Shown in pieces: positions 37,281-50,600 of a DNA stretch of 64,000 nucleotides. Numbering within the stretch: position 1 is the first letter of the stretch; each line of letters begins with the position of its first letter. Position numbers and translations under genes: made by a program. The notes under the pieces are model-generated. The model saw only the letters and a list, made by a program, of their open reading frames with translations. It had not been told where the DNA came from and did no database searches. Source of the stretch: Felis catus (Eukaryota); NCBI RefSeq assembly GCF_018350175.1, contig NC_058369.1, positions 7,936,001-8,000,000 of the forward strand, in the 5' to 3' direction.

Positions 37281-40200
37281 ATAATGTAGACAAGGTAAAT
37301 GATCAGTATTATTGTGATTATATTAGAAAATTATTCACTCAACGAACATTTATTGAGCACCTACTGGGTGCTGGACTGAACATACAGAAGCCGCTTTCGT
37401 TATGGTGATGATGCTGATGCTGTTGACGATGATTCGCGGAGTGAGTAAATATTTATTGGGTAGCCTCTGTGGCACTATAGGTGGCAAATGGACAAAGCCA
37501 CTCCGCTGCTCTCTTGAAGGGAGGGTGAGAGGCACATAACATAAGACGATCTCTGATCATGACAGGACCCCTGAAGGCCAGTAGAGTGGTGGCGGGGTTG
37601 GGGGCTGTTAGAGAAGGAATGCTGGGCTGTGAGACAGATCAAGGAAGGGACTGACATTTGGAAATTCCCTACCGTGACCTTATGAGTACGAATAAGCCAG
37701 CAGAAAGAGTCCTCGTGCAGAGCCCGGCAAGGCAACTGGAACCAGCTGCTTGAGCTCAAGTCCTGGCCCTGCCACCAGCCAGCTGGGTGGCCTTGGGCAC
37801 CTGCCCTCCCCTCCCTGGATTCCTGTCTGCACATCTGTGAGATAGAGTTAACTACACTCTCCTCATTAGGCTATTGTGCACAGGCATGGGTTATCACCCC
37901 CAATGGGACTCTTGGAGCAGGCCTGGGATAGAGCCAGCCCCCAGTAAATTATTAGTATTAGCTATTATTGGTGCTATTATTGTTGCTGTTGTTATTATTC
38001 TTATTATTACTATTATTTACTGTGTAGTGGGGATGGTCCCTCTTGGGCCTCAGTCTCTCCTTCTGTTAAATGGGCATAAGAGTCTTGGTGCCACCTCTTC
38101 AGGCTTCGCTCACCGGCCTGCCGGGCATACCTCGATGCCTGCTCATTAACTGTTGTGGACCCCATACTGTCTGCCCTCCTAGCGGGACGAGCTGGGGCAG
38201 GAAAGGGAAAACTCACTTTCAGCCTGGCTGGAACTGATCCTGCTGGGAGGGGTGGGGAGGGTCCCGGAGGGCCTGGTGGAGGGGAGAGGGCACTCAGCTC
38301 TCCCAGGCTTCATCCTTCTGCAAACCCAGCCCCACACCTTTATCAGCTGCTGGGGGTGGGGTGGGGTGGGCGTCCCCGTAAGGGGACTTGAGGCAGGGCG
38401 GTGAGAGCTGCAGATATGAGAACCACCACTCCCCTCTCTGCTGGTGTCGAACGTGGATAATATCACGGCACCGAGAGCTGACGTGCACGTTCATTGAACA
38501 CTCCTAACGCTTTTTTTAAGTTTATTTATTTTGCAAGAGAGAGCGAGCAGGAGAGGGGCAGAGAGAGAAGGAGAGCGAGAGAATCCCAAGCAGGCTGCGC
38601 GCTGTCAGTGCAGAGCCTGATGTGGGGCTCGAACCCACAAAGCACAAGATCACGATGTGAGCCAAAACTAAGAGTCAGACGTTGAACCGACTGAGCCACC
38701 CAGGCCCCACTCCTGACACTGCTTTGTGTCTTCCTCAATTATTTTTTCAAGTTTGTTATTTTTTCGCTGTTTGACTTTGGCCTTCCCATCTTTGGTTTTC
38801 CTGAAAATTCAGGACCTGAGGGGGAAGACATTTCCTGTCTTCTCACATTGGAAGAAGCAGAGGCACAGAGAGGTGAAGCCACTTGCCCAACGTCACACAG
38901 CTGTGAAGAATTTGAACCTGAGTCCTGGCATTCAAGAGCCCAATCCCAACCCACTCCCAACTGCTCCGCCATATTGCCAGATACAAGTATTGCTACTAAA
39001 TGGGACGCCTGTGTGGCTCAGTCGGTTGAGTGTTCGACTCTTGATTCTGGCTCCAGTCATGATCTCACGGTTCATGAGTTCAAGCCCCGCATTGAACTCT
39101 GTGCTGACCTCTAGGAGCCTGTTTGGGATTTTTTTTCTCTCTCTCTCTCTCTCTGCCTCTCCCCCACTCTCTCTCAAAATAAGTAAATAAACTTAAAACA
39201 AACAAACAGGTATTGCCACTACTAACAACAGCTCTCGCTTGTGTGGTGCTCGCTATACCCAGGCCCTGCCCTCCATGTCCTCCGTGTGGGAATCCTTCTA
39301 GCAACAATTAGAAACAATGCCCTGAGTTGTGGAGGTCTATTCCATTCCACAGATGGGAAAGCTGAGGTGAGGAGAGCATCTGCTGACTTGGACAAGTCAC
39401 CCAGTCAGCAATGGAAAACCCAAGGTTTTATGATGTCTTTGCTCAAAAGAGGGGGATTCCTGCCCCTCTCCTACCTGTCCCCTGCTCAGAAGGTGGCCCG
39501 GGGGGTTGCAGACACTGTCGGGCCCTTGCCCCAGCCCGTCACCACCGAACCTCTCAAGAGCCCTTCTCCTGGGTCCCTGAGATGTTTTCAGGCAGTAAAT
39601 AGAACCCAAAAGCCTGGGCCCAGAGCCCTGGAATCTGAAACTCAAGGCCTGTTTGGCTGAAAAATTCATGAACCCAAAAGCTTCTGTGGGGTCAGAGAAC
39701 AGAGCAGCTCTGTGTGCCCAGACGCCCCGCCTCAGCTGCAACCTCTCCCATCCCCAGGGGCTGTGGCCTTGTCCCAGTTCCTCCGAGATGCCTACAGCCT
39801 GCCCCAGCCTCCCCTCTGGGACTCTGCCTCTAGGCTCCCCCTTCAATCCCTTCTCCACACTTGACTAAAGGGATCCATCTGAAACTCAGAACTCCCTCAC
39901 TCTCACATCCCCCATGGCTCCCATTGCCCTCAAGTTGCCTGGCCTGGTACGGTCAGGATCAACCCCTGCTGACCCCTCCCACGAGCCACTGCTTGAACCC
40001 ACTACCCCAGACGAAACTGACTTCCTTAATTTCAGTTCCTCTCTCTCTTTCTCTCTTTCCTCAGGCACCTAACCGCGCGGGATACCACGCCTGCCCCTTT
40101 GTGCTTTCTCAGCCTCTTTCTCAAGCAGCAAGAAGGTCTCCTCTTCAAGGAGTCCTCTCTGATCTTCCGATCCACGTCTAGGTCACGTCTGTTCTCTGGG

Positions 40201-40877
40201 CTCTCTCAAATGTCCCATGCTTCCCTGTCACAGCTGTGTTGCACCGTGTTTTTAAAAATCTATTAAAAAAAAAAAAACCCTTTTATTATCATCACTGTAT
40301 TTATACATATGGCATAAACTACCATTTTATCCATTTCAAATGTACAGTCCAGGAGCATCAAGCACATTCACACCATTATGTAACCACCCTCACCATTTAT
40401 CTCCAGGACTCCTTTCACCTTGCGGGGCGCCTGGGGCTCAGTCGGTTGCGCATCCAACTTGATTCAGGTCATGACCTCGCGGTTTGAGAGGCCCTTGTCA
40501 GGCTCTGTGCTCACAGCTCAGAGCCTGGAGCCTGCTTCCAGTTCTGTCTGTCTGTCTGTCTCTTTCTCTGCCCCTCCCCCACTCACGCTTTGTCTCTCTC
40601 TCTCTCAAAAATAAATTAAAAAACAAAACAAAACTCCTTTCACCTTGCAAAACTGAGACTCTGTCCCATGAAACCCTAACCTCCCAGCCCCTTGGGCCCC
40701 TCCCTAGTCCCTGGTGCCCACCGTCTCCTTTCTTTCTCCATGAATTTGACTCCTTTGGGGACCTCAAATAAATGGAATCATACAGCATTTATCCTTTTGT
40801 GACTGGCCTGTTTAAATCCATTTTTAAAAATTTCTAATGTTTATTTATTTATTTTGAGAAAGAGACAGCAGGGGAGG

Positions 40878-40911
<34 letters not shown>

Positions 40912-41256
40912 CCCAAACCAGGGTCTACACTGTCACTGTAGAGTCGGATACAGGGCTCCGTCTCACCAACCTCGAGATCATGACCTGAGCCGAAATCCAG
41001 TCGGACACTCAACCAACTGAGACACCCAGGTGCCCCTAAATCTATTTTTTACCAACAGGGCACCAGGGTCCCTTTTTCCTCCACATTCAGTCTTTTTTAA
41101 AACAAAATTTTAATCACCCAAGAAACGCATGAATATGTTCTCCTATTAAAGAAAGAGGAAGAAAGAGAGAACATTGTAGACTGGGAAAAAGTCCCCTTGT
41201 GCCCACCCCCCATCTTGGTCTTTCTGACAACCACTGATTCGTTCAGATCTTTTTCT

Positions 41257-41497
41257 TTTTTTTTTTTTTCTTTTTTTTTTTTTAATTTTTTTTTCAGTGT
41301 TTATTTATTTTTGGGACAGAGAGAGACAGAGCATGAACAGGGGAGGGGCAGAGAGAGAGGGAGACACAGAATCGGAAACAGGCTCCAGGCTCTGAGCCGT
41401 CAGCCCAGAGCCCGACGCGGGGCTCGAACTCACGGACCGCGAGATCGTGACCTGGCTGAAGTCGGACGCTTAACCGACTGCGCCACCCAGGCGCCCC
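41257..41497 (-). mobile_element. Young felid SINE with 17-bp TSD
   Basis: TSD CGTTCAGATCTTTTTCT at 41240-41256 and 41498-41514. Confidence 0.92.
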
Positions 41498-41528
41498 CGT
41501 TCAGATCTTTTTCTATTAAGGTACAGGC

Positions 41529-41530
<2 letters not shown>

Positions 41531-41575
<45 letters not shown>
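41531..41575. repeat. (GT)n microsatellite, about 22 units
   Basis: Read directly. Confidence 0.95.
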
Positions 41576-41576
<1 letters not shown>

Positions 41577-42456
41577 TCATATCTCTCTATTCCCCCATAC
41601 CATCCACAACTACCAACTAAATACAACTTACAATTTCTATACAATTTCTACTCACCAACAGGACCTGGCAATCTAGCTGGGCTACTCTGGCAGGGTTATG
41701 GATTATCCGTGAATGGTGAAGTCAGGCTCCATGAGTTCAAATCCTTGTAGAGCCCCACACTCACTAACTGGGTGACTGTGGAGAAATTACTTAACCCCTC
41801 TCTCCAACTGGAAAATGGTTGCAAGGATTTAAGACAAAGCACTTAATGAGTGGCTTAGCCTCTTTGTGTCACTTTCCCCCCCTGGAAAATGCTTGTAAAG
41901 ATTTAATATAAAGCATTTAATACCTCTTCTGATGCTGACTAAGCTCCCTATAAACATTCACTCTTGTTATAACCTGCAGGGCCACCTCCTTCCTTCTTAG
42001 GGTATTTAACATTTTTTCCACTTTTAAAACGAAACGTGTTAGGAAGGGGCAGAAGTCAAATACTTGCCACAAACTGAACCCACCTGTGTGACCACAGCCC
42101 TGGTTCCTGTCACCCCGGAAGCTGCCTCAGAGGTGCTGCCACCCACAAAGGCAACTGAACCCATGCTTAGTTACCATAGGTTGATGAACTATGTCTGTCT
42201 TAGAATTTCATTCAAAAGTACCTGGTCTTTGTCACTTGACACAATACTTTCTTTGATACTCATCCATGCTATTGAACTTACCGGTAATCGATGCCTTTTG
42301 ATTGCTGAGGACTATTCTATGGTATGGGTGGGACCACAGTGTGTTGAACTGTGAATTCACAGCTGTTGAAGTGTGACTTCACCCATTTATGAACATTTGG
42401 GTTCCTACCAATTTCTGGCCGTTATGAACAAAGCTGTATAAAGTTGCTGTGAACAT

Positions 42457-42710
42457 NNNNNNNNNNNNNNNNNNNNNNNNNNNNNNNNNNNNNNNNNNNN
42501 NNNNNNNNNNNNNNNNNNNNNNNNNNNNNNNNNNNNNNNNNNNNNNNNNNNNNNNNNNNNNNNNNNNNNNNNNNNNNNNNNNNNNNNNNNNNNNNNNNNN
42601 NNNNNNNNNNNNNNNNNNNNNNNNNNNNNNNNNNNNNNNNNNNNNNNNNNNNNNNNNNNNNNNNNNNNNNNNNNNNNNNNNNNNNNNNNNNNNNNNNNNN
42701 NNNNNNNNNN
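42457..42710. other. Assembly gap within an L1 remnant
   Basis: Run of N. Confidence 1.
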
Positions 42711-43689
42711 TTTTTCTGTGATAAACACCTACGAGTAAAATGGTTGGATCGTATGGTAGGCACCTGTTAAACTTTATAAGAAACTAAAAAACTTTTTCTT
42801 TTTTATAACATTTATTTATTTTTGTTTATTTATTTTTGAGACAGAGAGGCGACAGAAAGAGAGAGAGAGAGAGGAGAGAAGGTGAACAGGGGAGGGTCAG
42901 AGAGAAAGGCAGAGAAAGAATCCCAAGCAGACTCCGTGCTGTCAGTGCAGAGCCGGTCCACAGGGCTGGAACTCACCAACCGGTGAGATGAGGACCTGGG
43001 CCGAAATCGAGTCAGACGTGCAGTCAATTGAGCAGCCCCGGCGCCCCAAGAGACCCTCCCCCCAAGTGGTTGTGTCAGTCTACATTCCCACCAGCAGTGC
43101 AGGAGGAGAGTCTCATTTGCTCCAGCTCTTTAAGTAATACTTGGTACCCTTCACCTTCTTATTTGTAGCTCTTCTGGTGGGTGTGTGGTGGCATCTCTGA
43201 ATTTTAATTTGCATTTCCTTGACGGCGTCATTCTTTTTGTTCGCTGCATAGTATTCCCTCCCTCTCTGCGAGTTGCGTGCGCGCCTTTGTCCGCGCCCGC
43301 GCGTGCAAGCCTCCCCCGTTTTTTACAATGACTATCAAAGCAGCAGGTAGCAACCTTTGACAGGTGCTGCCCATGCACACGCGCCTCCGATGGCTTCTCC
43401 AGGGTCGATGGCAGAGATGAATCGCACAGGGTGAACACGGTTGGATATAATCTTTTTTGCCGGGTAACATTTTGTCCCACAGCCTACCAGACTAAAATTC
43501 TTGCCGATCTGATGAATTAAAAAAAAAAAAAAAGGCATCTTTTTGTCTGTTTCACTGGCACACAGTCAGCGCTCAATACCTATTTGATGAGTGAATGGGT
43601 GGGCGGACGAATGAATGGGTGACCACTGCTCCTAGCCCACCAAACACGCCAAGCTGGAGAGTCTCCCGAGAGCCCAGATGGGAAACAAA

Positions 43690-44260
43690 GGTTGGGGCCC
43701 CACCCTCTCCCGAGCGCGGCCCCGCCCCCCGCCCCGCCCCGGCCCGCTCCGGGCTCCCATTGGAGGCAGCGTGCGGGGCTGGCCGGGCGGGCGGGGCGGG
43801 GCCGGACCGGGCCGGGGCGGGGCGCTGCAGCCCGCGGAGCCTCCCGCCCGCGCGGGCTGGGGTCGCTCCGGCTCGGACTCCCCTCCTCGCCCGACGCGGC
43901 CATGGAGGACGAGCGGAAGGACGGAGCCTACGGTAGGAGCCGCCTCTGGCCCGCGACCGCCTCTGCTGAGTTGGGGGGCTTTGGGGGAGGGGGACACCGG
44001 AGATCTCAAACACCCGCGCTGCAGCTGGGGGCCCCCCTCCGGCTTCTCGGCCCAGCATTCCTCTCTGCGCCGACCCCACGCCCCCCTGCTCCCGCCGGGT
44101 CGCCCTGCGTCCCCTCTCCCGGGAGCCCCCGCACCCCCTCCGGCTGATGGGCCAGGACGCACGGCGCATGCTCCACCCGGGGAGGTCCCGTTATCTGGGC
44201 GGCTCAGATGCCAGGCGGGGGAGGGGAGGCTTGGCGACCGGGGCTCGGAAAAGGGACAGG
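43690..44260 (+). promoter_or_regulatory. SLC44A2 distal CpG-island promoter
   Basis: CpG-dense with many GC boxes and an ATTGG near 43759; surrounds exon 1a. Confidence 0.8.
43902..43932 (+). CDS. SLC44A2: SLC44A2 distal alternative first coding exon (MEDERKDGAYG)
   Basis: GCCATGG Kozak context in a CpG island; phase-1 donor ACG|GTAGG compatible with exon 2 at 58746; resembles the N-terminus of one CTL2 isoform (recalled). Confidence 0.9.
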
Positions 44261-46819
44261 GCCCCGACTTCCCCAAATCCCCCTCCTCTTCTGGTCGCCT
44301 TAGTCCGCTTCTTTCTGCTGCCCACACCCCCCTGGAAGTGGCCATCTCGGGCTTCTGGCCAGATGGGGAAACTGAGGCAAGCCTGGGCAGACCGAATGCT
44401 GGGGTGGAAGGCCATCGGTTCTTGCTAGCGGCCTGGAAGGACAGAAAGAAGGGCGCCCTCGGTGAGGTCGCTGTAAGGAAGAGGAAACCATTGAGAAACT
44501 TTCCTGGCCGTGTACAAGGGGCTGGGGGGTGCCCGCTACCGTTTCGCAAAGTCCCTGCGACGCGGGCCCCCCCTCCCGGGGTGGGTGGCCTTCGCCTCTG
44601 GGCCCCGAGGTTGGGGCCAAGATGAGGCCCCTCCCTACCCACGCCCTGCAGTGCCGCCTTTCCCAGGGTTCCCACGGAGGGGGGTTGCCATCCTCAGTTT
44701 CTCCTTTCTCTTCTCCATTTTGGGTCCCAGGGCTGAGCTGGGCACATGTCCCACGCAGCTCTCCCCTGGGGCAAAGGGGCGCTGCTGCCCCTCCTTGTGT
44801 GACAGGAACTTCCTGGAAACTGTGAGACAGAGGCTTTGGGGAGGGGGCAGGAAACCACTCAAAATAATCAAGAAAAACAAGCTGACTGGAGACGTACCTC
44901 CCTCCCCACTGCCTCCACAGTGGCCTCAGCAGGTTGTAGAGACAAACAGATGGGGGAGGCTGGGACCCTCCCTGCCCAGCCCAGCCAAGAGGGAAACACA
45001 GGGACCTGGCCACCACCCAGCCACTCCCCTCCCTGCCAGCCAATGTCCTGAGGGGCCTCCTTGCTCTTGGGTTTGGCTCAAACCCCAGACCCTGTATCTG
45101 TGGGTGCTGTGCGTCCCTTGGGTGTGGCTGGCTGTCTCTGAACTGGGAATCTCAGATTGGAGCCCTGGTCAGGCCCTGCCTGCCTGTGGGCAGCACCTGA
45201 GGGATCTTTGATGTCTTTAAGGAGCTGGGGTGGGGGATGGCAGTCAGAGTGGACAAGGATGTGATTCATCAAGCCTTGAATTTGGCCAAAGGGAACCGGC
45301 CATAGATGGGCCTGAGCAAACCCTCCCAGGCCCTGCCAGACCCGCACTCCAGACAGGGGACCTCTGTGCCCAACGGAGGTTACTCTGGGCGCCGGGAGCC
45401 CATTCCATCAACAAGTATTTTTTGAGCATCTTACAGGCACGGTCTAGACACTGAGAACACAGCAGTGAACAAAGCAGAATAATTCTTGAATAAATGTATG
45501 ATTTTAGGTTGTTGTTAAGTGTTGTGGAGCAGAGAACAGGACAGCATGTGTGTGGGAGAATCATCTAGGATTATTTTAGGTGACCCAGGGCTGGAGTTTG
45601 AGCCAATAGCCATGGGAAGATTTGGGAGAAGTGTGTTCTAGGCAGAAGGAACAGCAAATAAACCAGCCAGTTGCTTAATTATTTTTCTCTATGACACCCA
45701 AGGAAGCCTGAGGTGGAGACTGCAGCTATGTCTTGCAAGCCAGGCCATCACCTCCTCCAGAGGGGCCCCCGGCTTGACTCCTTGAAGTGGGGGATCTCAC
45801 GTAGTTTGTAAATAATAGTTCATTCTCATCAGAACCAAAACCCTGGAGCCCTCAGGCTACCCCATGAAGTCACTGCCAGGAAATGAGGGGCTTTCTTTTG
45901 GGAACAGTGTTGCAAGGGTTGCTCACAGATCCCAGTGCTCACAGGGGCACGCCTGGGTGGCTCAGTGGGTTAAGCGTCCAACTTTGGCTCAGGTCATGAT
46001 CTCACGGTTTATGGGTTCGAGCCCTGCATCAGAGCTCTGTGCCGTCCGCTCGGAGCCTGGAGCCTCCTTCGGATTCTGTCTCTGTCGCTCTCTGCCCCTC
46101 CCCCACTTGCACGCTGTCTGTCTCTCTCTCAAAAATAAACATTAAAGAGCATTAAAAAACCATATCCCAGCCCTCACACAGCCCTTGTATCCCAATGCCT
46201 TCCCATCCATCAGCTTTCAGGGGGTGAAGTCAGACAGACTCAGGTTCAAATCCTGATCCTGACACTTAGGAGCTGTGTGTGACCATGGGAGAGTTGGCGA
46301 CCTCTCTGAGACTCTATCCTTGTCTGCAGGTCTAGGCAGACCATACTCACTGCTGGGCAGCATTTTGCACAGTGGCTGGTAGGCTCTCTACATGCCAAGA
46401 GGCCTCTGGGGCCCATAATGTCGGAGACATGGATTTTCCAGAGCTGATGGCAAAGCAGCCCTCTCTGTCTAGGCATAGACTTGGCGGGACTGGGCAGGGC
46501 AGGAAGCTCCCTCCTCTGCAGACACCATATTTAGATGATATGAGGAAACTGGGAAATGGCTCCTGGCCCTGACGGATCCTTCCCACCCACCCAGGCATGA
46601 GCATGGAAAAAGATTCCAGAACTTAAAACAATACACTCTGATAGGGGGCGGGGGGAAGGTGGGAAAAAAGTAATGGTGCTTGTGTAAAAAGCAGATTCCA
46701 GGGGCCCCTGGGTGACTCAGTCAGTTAAGCATCTGACTTCGGCTCAGGTCATGATCTCATGGTTCGTGAGTTCCAGCCCCGCGTTGGGCTCTCTGCTGTC
46801 AGTGCGGAGCCTGCTTCAG

Positions 46820-46859
<40 letters not shown>

Positions 46860-46996
46860 CCTCCCCCATTCTCTCTCTCTCAAAAATAAATAAACATTTA
46901 AAAAAACAACAACAGATTCCCTGGCCCCATTTGCTAGAGTCCAACTCAGCTGACAGCAAGGATCTGGCATTCGATTTTTAAAATATATTGTTGGGA

Positions 46997-47378
46997 GGGG
47001 TGCCTGGATGGCTCAGTCGGTTGAGCGTCCGACTTCAGCTCAGGTCATGATCTCATGGTTTGTGAGTTCAAGCCCCGCGTCAGGCTCTGTACTGATGGCT
47101 CAGAGCCTGGAGCCTGTTTCGGATTCTGTGTCTCCCTCTCTCTCTGCCCCTCCCCTGCTCATGCTCTGTCTCTCTCTCTGTCAAAAATAAATAAACATTA
47201 AAATATATTGTTGGGGGGCGCCTGGGTGGCTCAGTCGGTTAAGCGGCCGACTTCGGCTCAGGTCATGATCTCACGGTCCGTGAGTTTGAGCCCCACGTCG
47301 GGCTCTGTGCTGACAGCTCAGAGCCTGGAGCCTGTTTCAGATTCTGTGTCTTCCTCTCTCTCTGACCCTCCCCTGCTC

Positions 47379-47420
<42 letters not shown>

Positions 47421-47676
47421 AAAAATAAATAAACATTAAAATATATTGTTGATGGGGCGCCTGGGTGGCGCAGTCGGTTAAGCGTCCGACTTCAGCCAGG
47501 TCACGATCCCGCGGTCCGTGAGTTCGAGTCCCGCGTCAGGCTCTGGGCTGATGGCTCAGAGCCTGGAGCCTGTTTCCGATTCTGTGTCTCCCTCTCTCTC
47601 TGCCCCTCCCCCGTTCATGCTCTGTCTCTCTCTGTCCCAAAAATAAATAAACGTTGAAAAAAAAATTAAAAAAAAA
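46997..47676 (+). mobile_element. Three head-to-tail CAN-SINEs sharing one target site
   Basis: AAATATATTGTTG occurs at 46981, 47201, 47439 and 47674. Confidence 0.92.
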
Positions 47677-50600
47677 TATATTGTTGGGAGAGGACATTTG
47701 CTTGTTAATTGAAAGTTTATTTTTTTCAAAAAGGGGTGATACATTCACATGCTTCAAAATCCGAAAGATACAAAGACTATGTGGCTTTATCCTGAAAGGT
47801 CTCCCTTGCACTCCGTCTCTCAGCATGACACAACCTTCTTGGCAAAGTGCGTCAGTGTTCCAGCACCTAGTGCTTTCTTCCAAATGGAGTCTAGGCCTTA
47901 GAACCTCGCATGACAATTATATACATATTCCTTACCTAGTGGCTGTTTTTTCCCCCTTTTGCAAAAATGTCAGCAAATCCCTAGTGTGCGAACTCTGAGG
48001 CAAGATTGTGTGTGTTCAGTTTGAAGGTGTATCCGCAGTGCCTGGCACATAGTAGGTACTCAACATCTATTTACCGAATGAAAGGGTGTTTGTTTCACCT
48101 GTTGCTTCTTTTTTTTTTTTTCCAAAGTTTATTTATTTTGAGAGAGAATGTGCGAGGGCAAGCAGGGGAGTGGCAGAAGGAGAGGGAGAGGGAGAATCCC
48201 AAGCGGTCTCCGCATAGTCAGTGCAGAGCCCAATAATGGGCTCAAACACACCAACTGTGAGATCATGACTTGAGCCAAAACCAAGAGTTGGGAACTCCAC
48301 CGACTGAGCCACTCAGGAGCCCCTCACATGTTGCTTTTTGTTTGTTTGTTTGTTGCTTTTTGTTTCTTTGTTTAATGTATCTTGGAGACATCTCTCATGT
48401 CCGGGCCTGGGAAGCTTCCTCGGTGTTTTCCTGACAGTTGCATAAAGTAATTTTATATTTATGCAATTTATATAAATTTGCAATAAATTTTTATAATTTA
48501 TTTTATATTTATATAAAGTAGTTTATATTTACCCAATCTTATATTTAACCAAGAGGAATATTAAAAAAAATTTTTTTTTAACGTTTATTTTTGAGGGAGA
48601 GAGAGAGACACACACAGAGTGTGAGCGGTAGAGAGGGAGGGAGACACAGAATCTGAAGCAGGCTCCAGGCTCCGAACTATCAGCACAGAGCCCGATGCGG
48701 TACCCGAACTCACGAATGGTGAGATCAGACCCCAGCCGAAGTCGGAAGCTTAACCGACTGAGCCACCCAGGCGCCCCTCCGGAAGAATATTTGAGACTTT
48801 TTATTGAAGCAGACAGTTCATACGTAAAAGGAAACAAATCCTAAATGCATCAGGCTCCAGAAGTTTTCACATGGTGAACACACCCATGGAATCAGTGCCC
48901 AGATCTGGAGAGAAAAAAAAAAAAAAATTCCTAGCACCCCACAAGCCCCTCATGCCTAAGGAGGGCCAATCCGTATTATTATTTTAATCTTTTGTGGTAA
49001 AAAAAAAAAAAAAAAAGAAAGAAAACAAAAAACATAAAAAAACAACTAAAATTTACCATCTTACTCATTTTTATTTGTATGTTTCAATAGTGTTAAGTAT
49101 ATTCACATTGTTGTGCTATGGCCTGTTTTTGTAAGGCCAATGGACTAAGAATGGCTCCATTGTTTGTAAATTGTTGTTAAAAAAAAAAAAAAGGAGAGCC
49201 TCTGTGGCTCAGTCAGTTGGGCCTCGGACTCTTGATTTCCGCTCAGGTCACAAATCTCAGTGAGATCGATCCCTGCATCCAGTTCCTGCCTCATGATGAC
49301 AGCACAGAGCCTATTCAGGATCCTTCCTCTCTCCCTCTCTCTCTAAAAAAAAATAAATAAATAAATTTAAATTAAAAAATAAAAAGGAATATGCGACAGA
49401 GATGATATGTGAAACCCAAAGCTTCAAATCTTAACTATCTCCCCTTTAACAGAAGAAAATTTGCACATCTCCAGTAAGGACCTTCCCATTACCCCAGAAA
49501 GTTCTCTTATGCTCCGTCCCAGTCAATCCCCAAAGGGAGAGTTGTTTTTAAATAGGGTTTAAATTTTTTTTAACATTTATTTATTTTTGAGAGACAGAGA
49601 GACAGAGCACGAGAGGGGGAGGAACAGAAAGAAAGACACGGAATCTAAGCAGGCTCCAGGCTCCGAGCAGTCAGCACAGAGCCTGACACGGGGCTTGAAC
49701 TCACCAACTGCGGGATCATGACCTGAGCCGAAGTCGGACACTTAGCCGAGTGAGCCGCCCAGGCGCCCCCCTCATTTTAAATAGGATTTTAGTCTCTTAC
49801 ATAATAAAATAAATATATTCTCATGGGGGCAGAGGGGAGGGGCTAAATAAAAATAAGCCCTCAACCACACAGAGGTAGCAGAACCAAGAAATCTTTCGCA
49901 CAAGCTTAGCCTGTTTCTGTGTGTGTATGTGGCATCTTTACGGTATTTTTTTAAGGCTCCTCTGGCCGGCTTAATGAAAAATGGTCCTGTTCCCAGGGTG
50001 AGATACTATGTTGTCCTGTAAACAGCTGAAGTAGATCTAACCTCCTTATGTTAGCATGTGAAATAGCAAAGTAGGAAAGAATATGTGTAGCAAAACAGGG
50101 CGTGGGGGCATAAACAGCTACAAATTTGCTTCTGCATGTGTACTTAGACTGTCTGGAAGGAGGAAAGGGAAACCAGGGAGAGGAAGTTTGGGCTCTGGGC
50201 CAAGGGTGAGAGGGAGAGTGATTCTTCTTAGTCTGAAGGGTTGTTTCTGGTTGCGGCGTTTTTACCTCGATAAGCACACCGTTTACTTAATATCAACGAA
50301 GTCACTTTTTGGGCAGGTGCGGTGCGGCAGCAGGTGCTGCCGTGGCGGAGCGGACATGCTAAGAGGGGGAAACAGGCGAGATGCTGAGATAAATGAGGGA
50401 AATTCTTGGAATGTCAGAGACGGGCTCAGGAGAAAAATCATGCAGGGAAGAGGAGTGGGAGTAATCTCTAGGGCCTTGAGGCGGAGTTAAAAATTTTAAG
50501 ACCATGCTAAGGTGATCAGAGGCAGGAAGGAGGGAGCTGTGAAGAATGTTTCAGGGAGAGGGTGTGGCCTGTGCTCAGGGTACAGGGTCTGTGGGCCGTG

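Noticed and set aside
43573-45211. Several 200-350 aa ORFs on both strands
   Set aside because: CpG-island sequence depleted of stop codons; Pro/Gly/Arg low complexity; only 43902-43932 fits a real exon.
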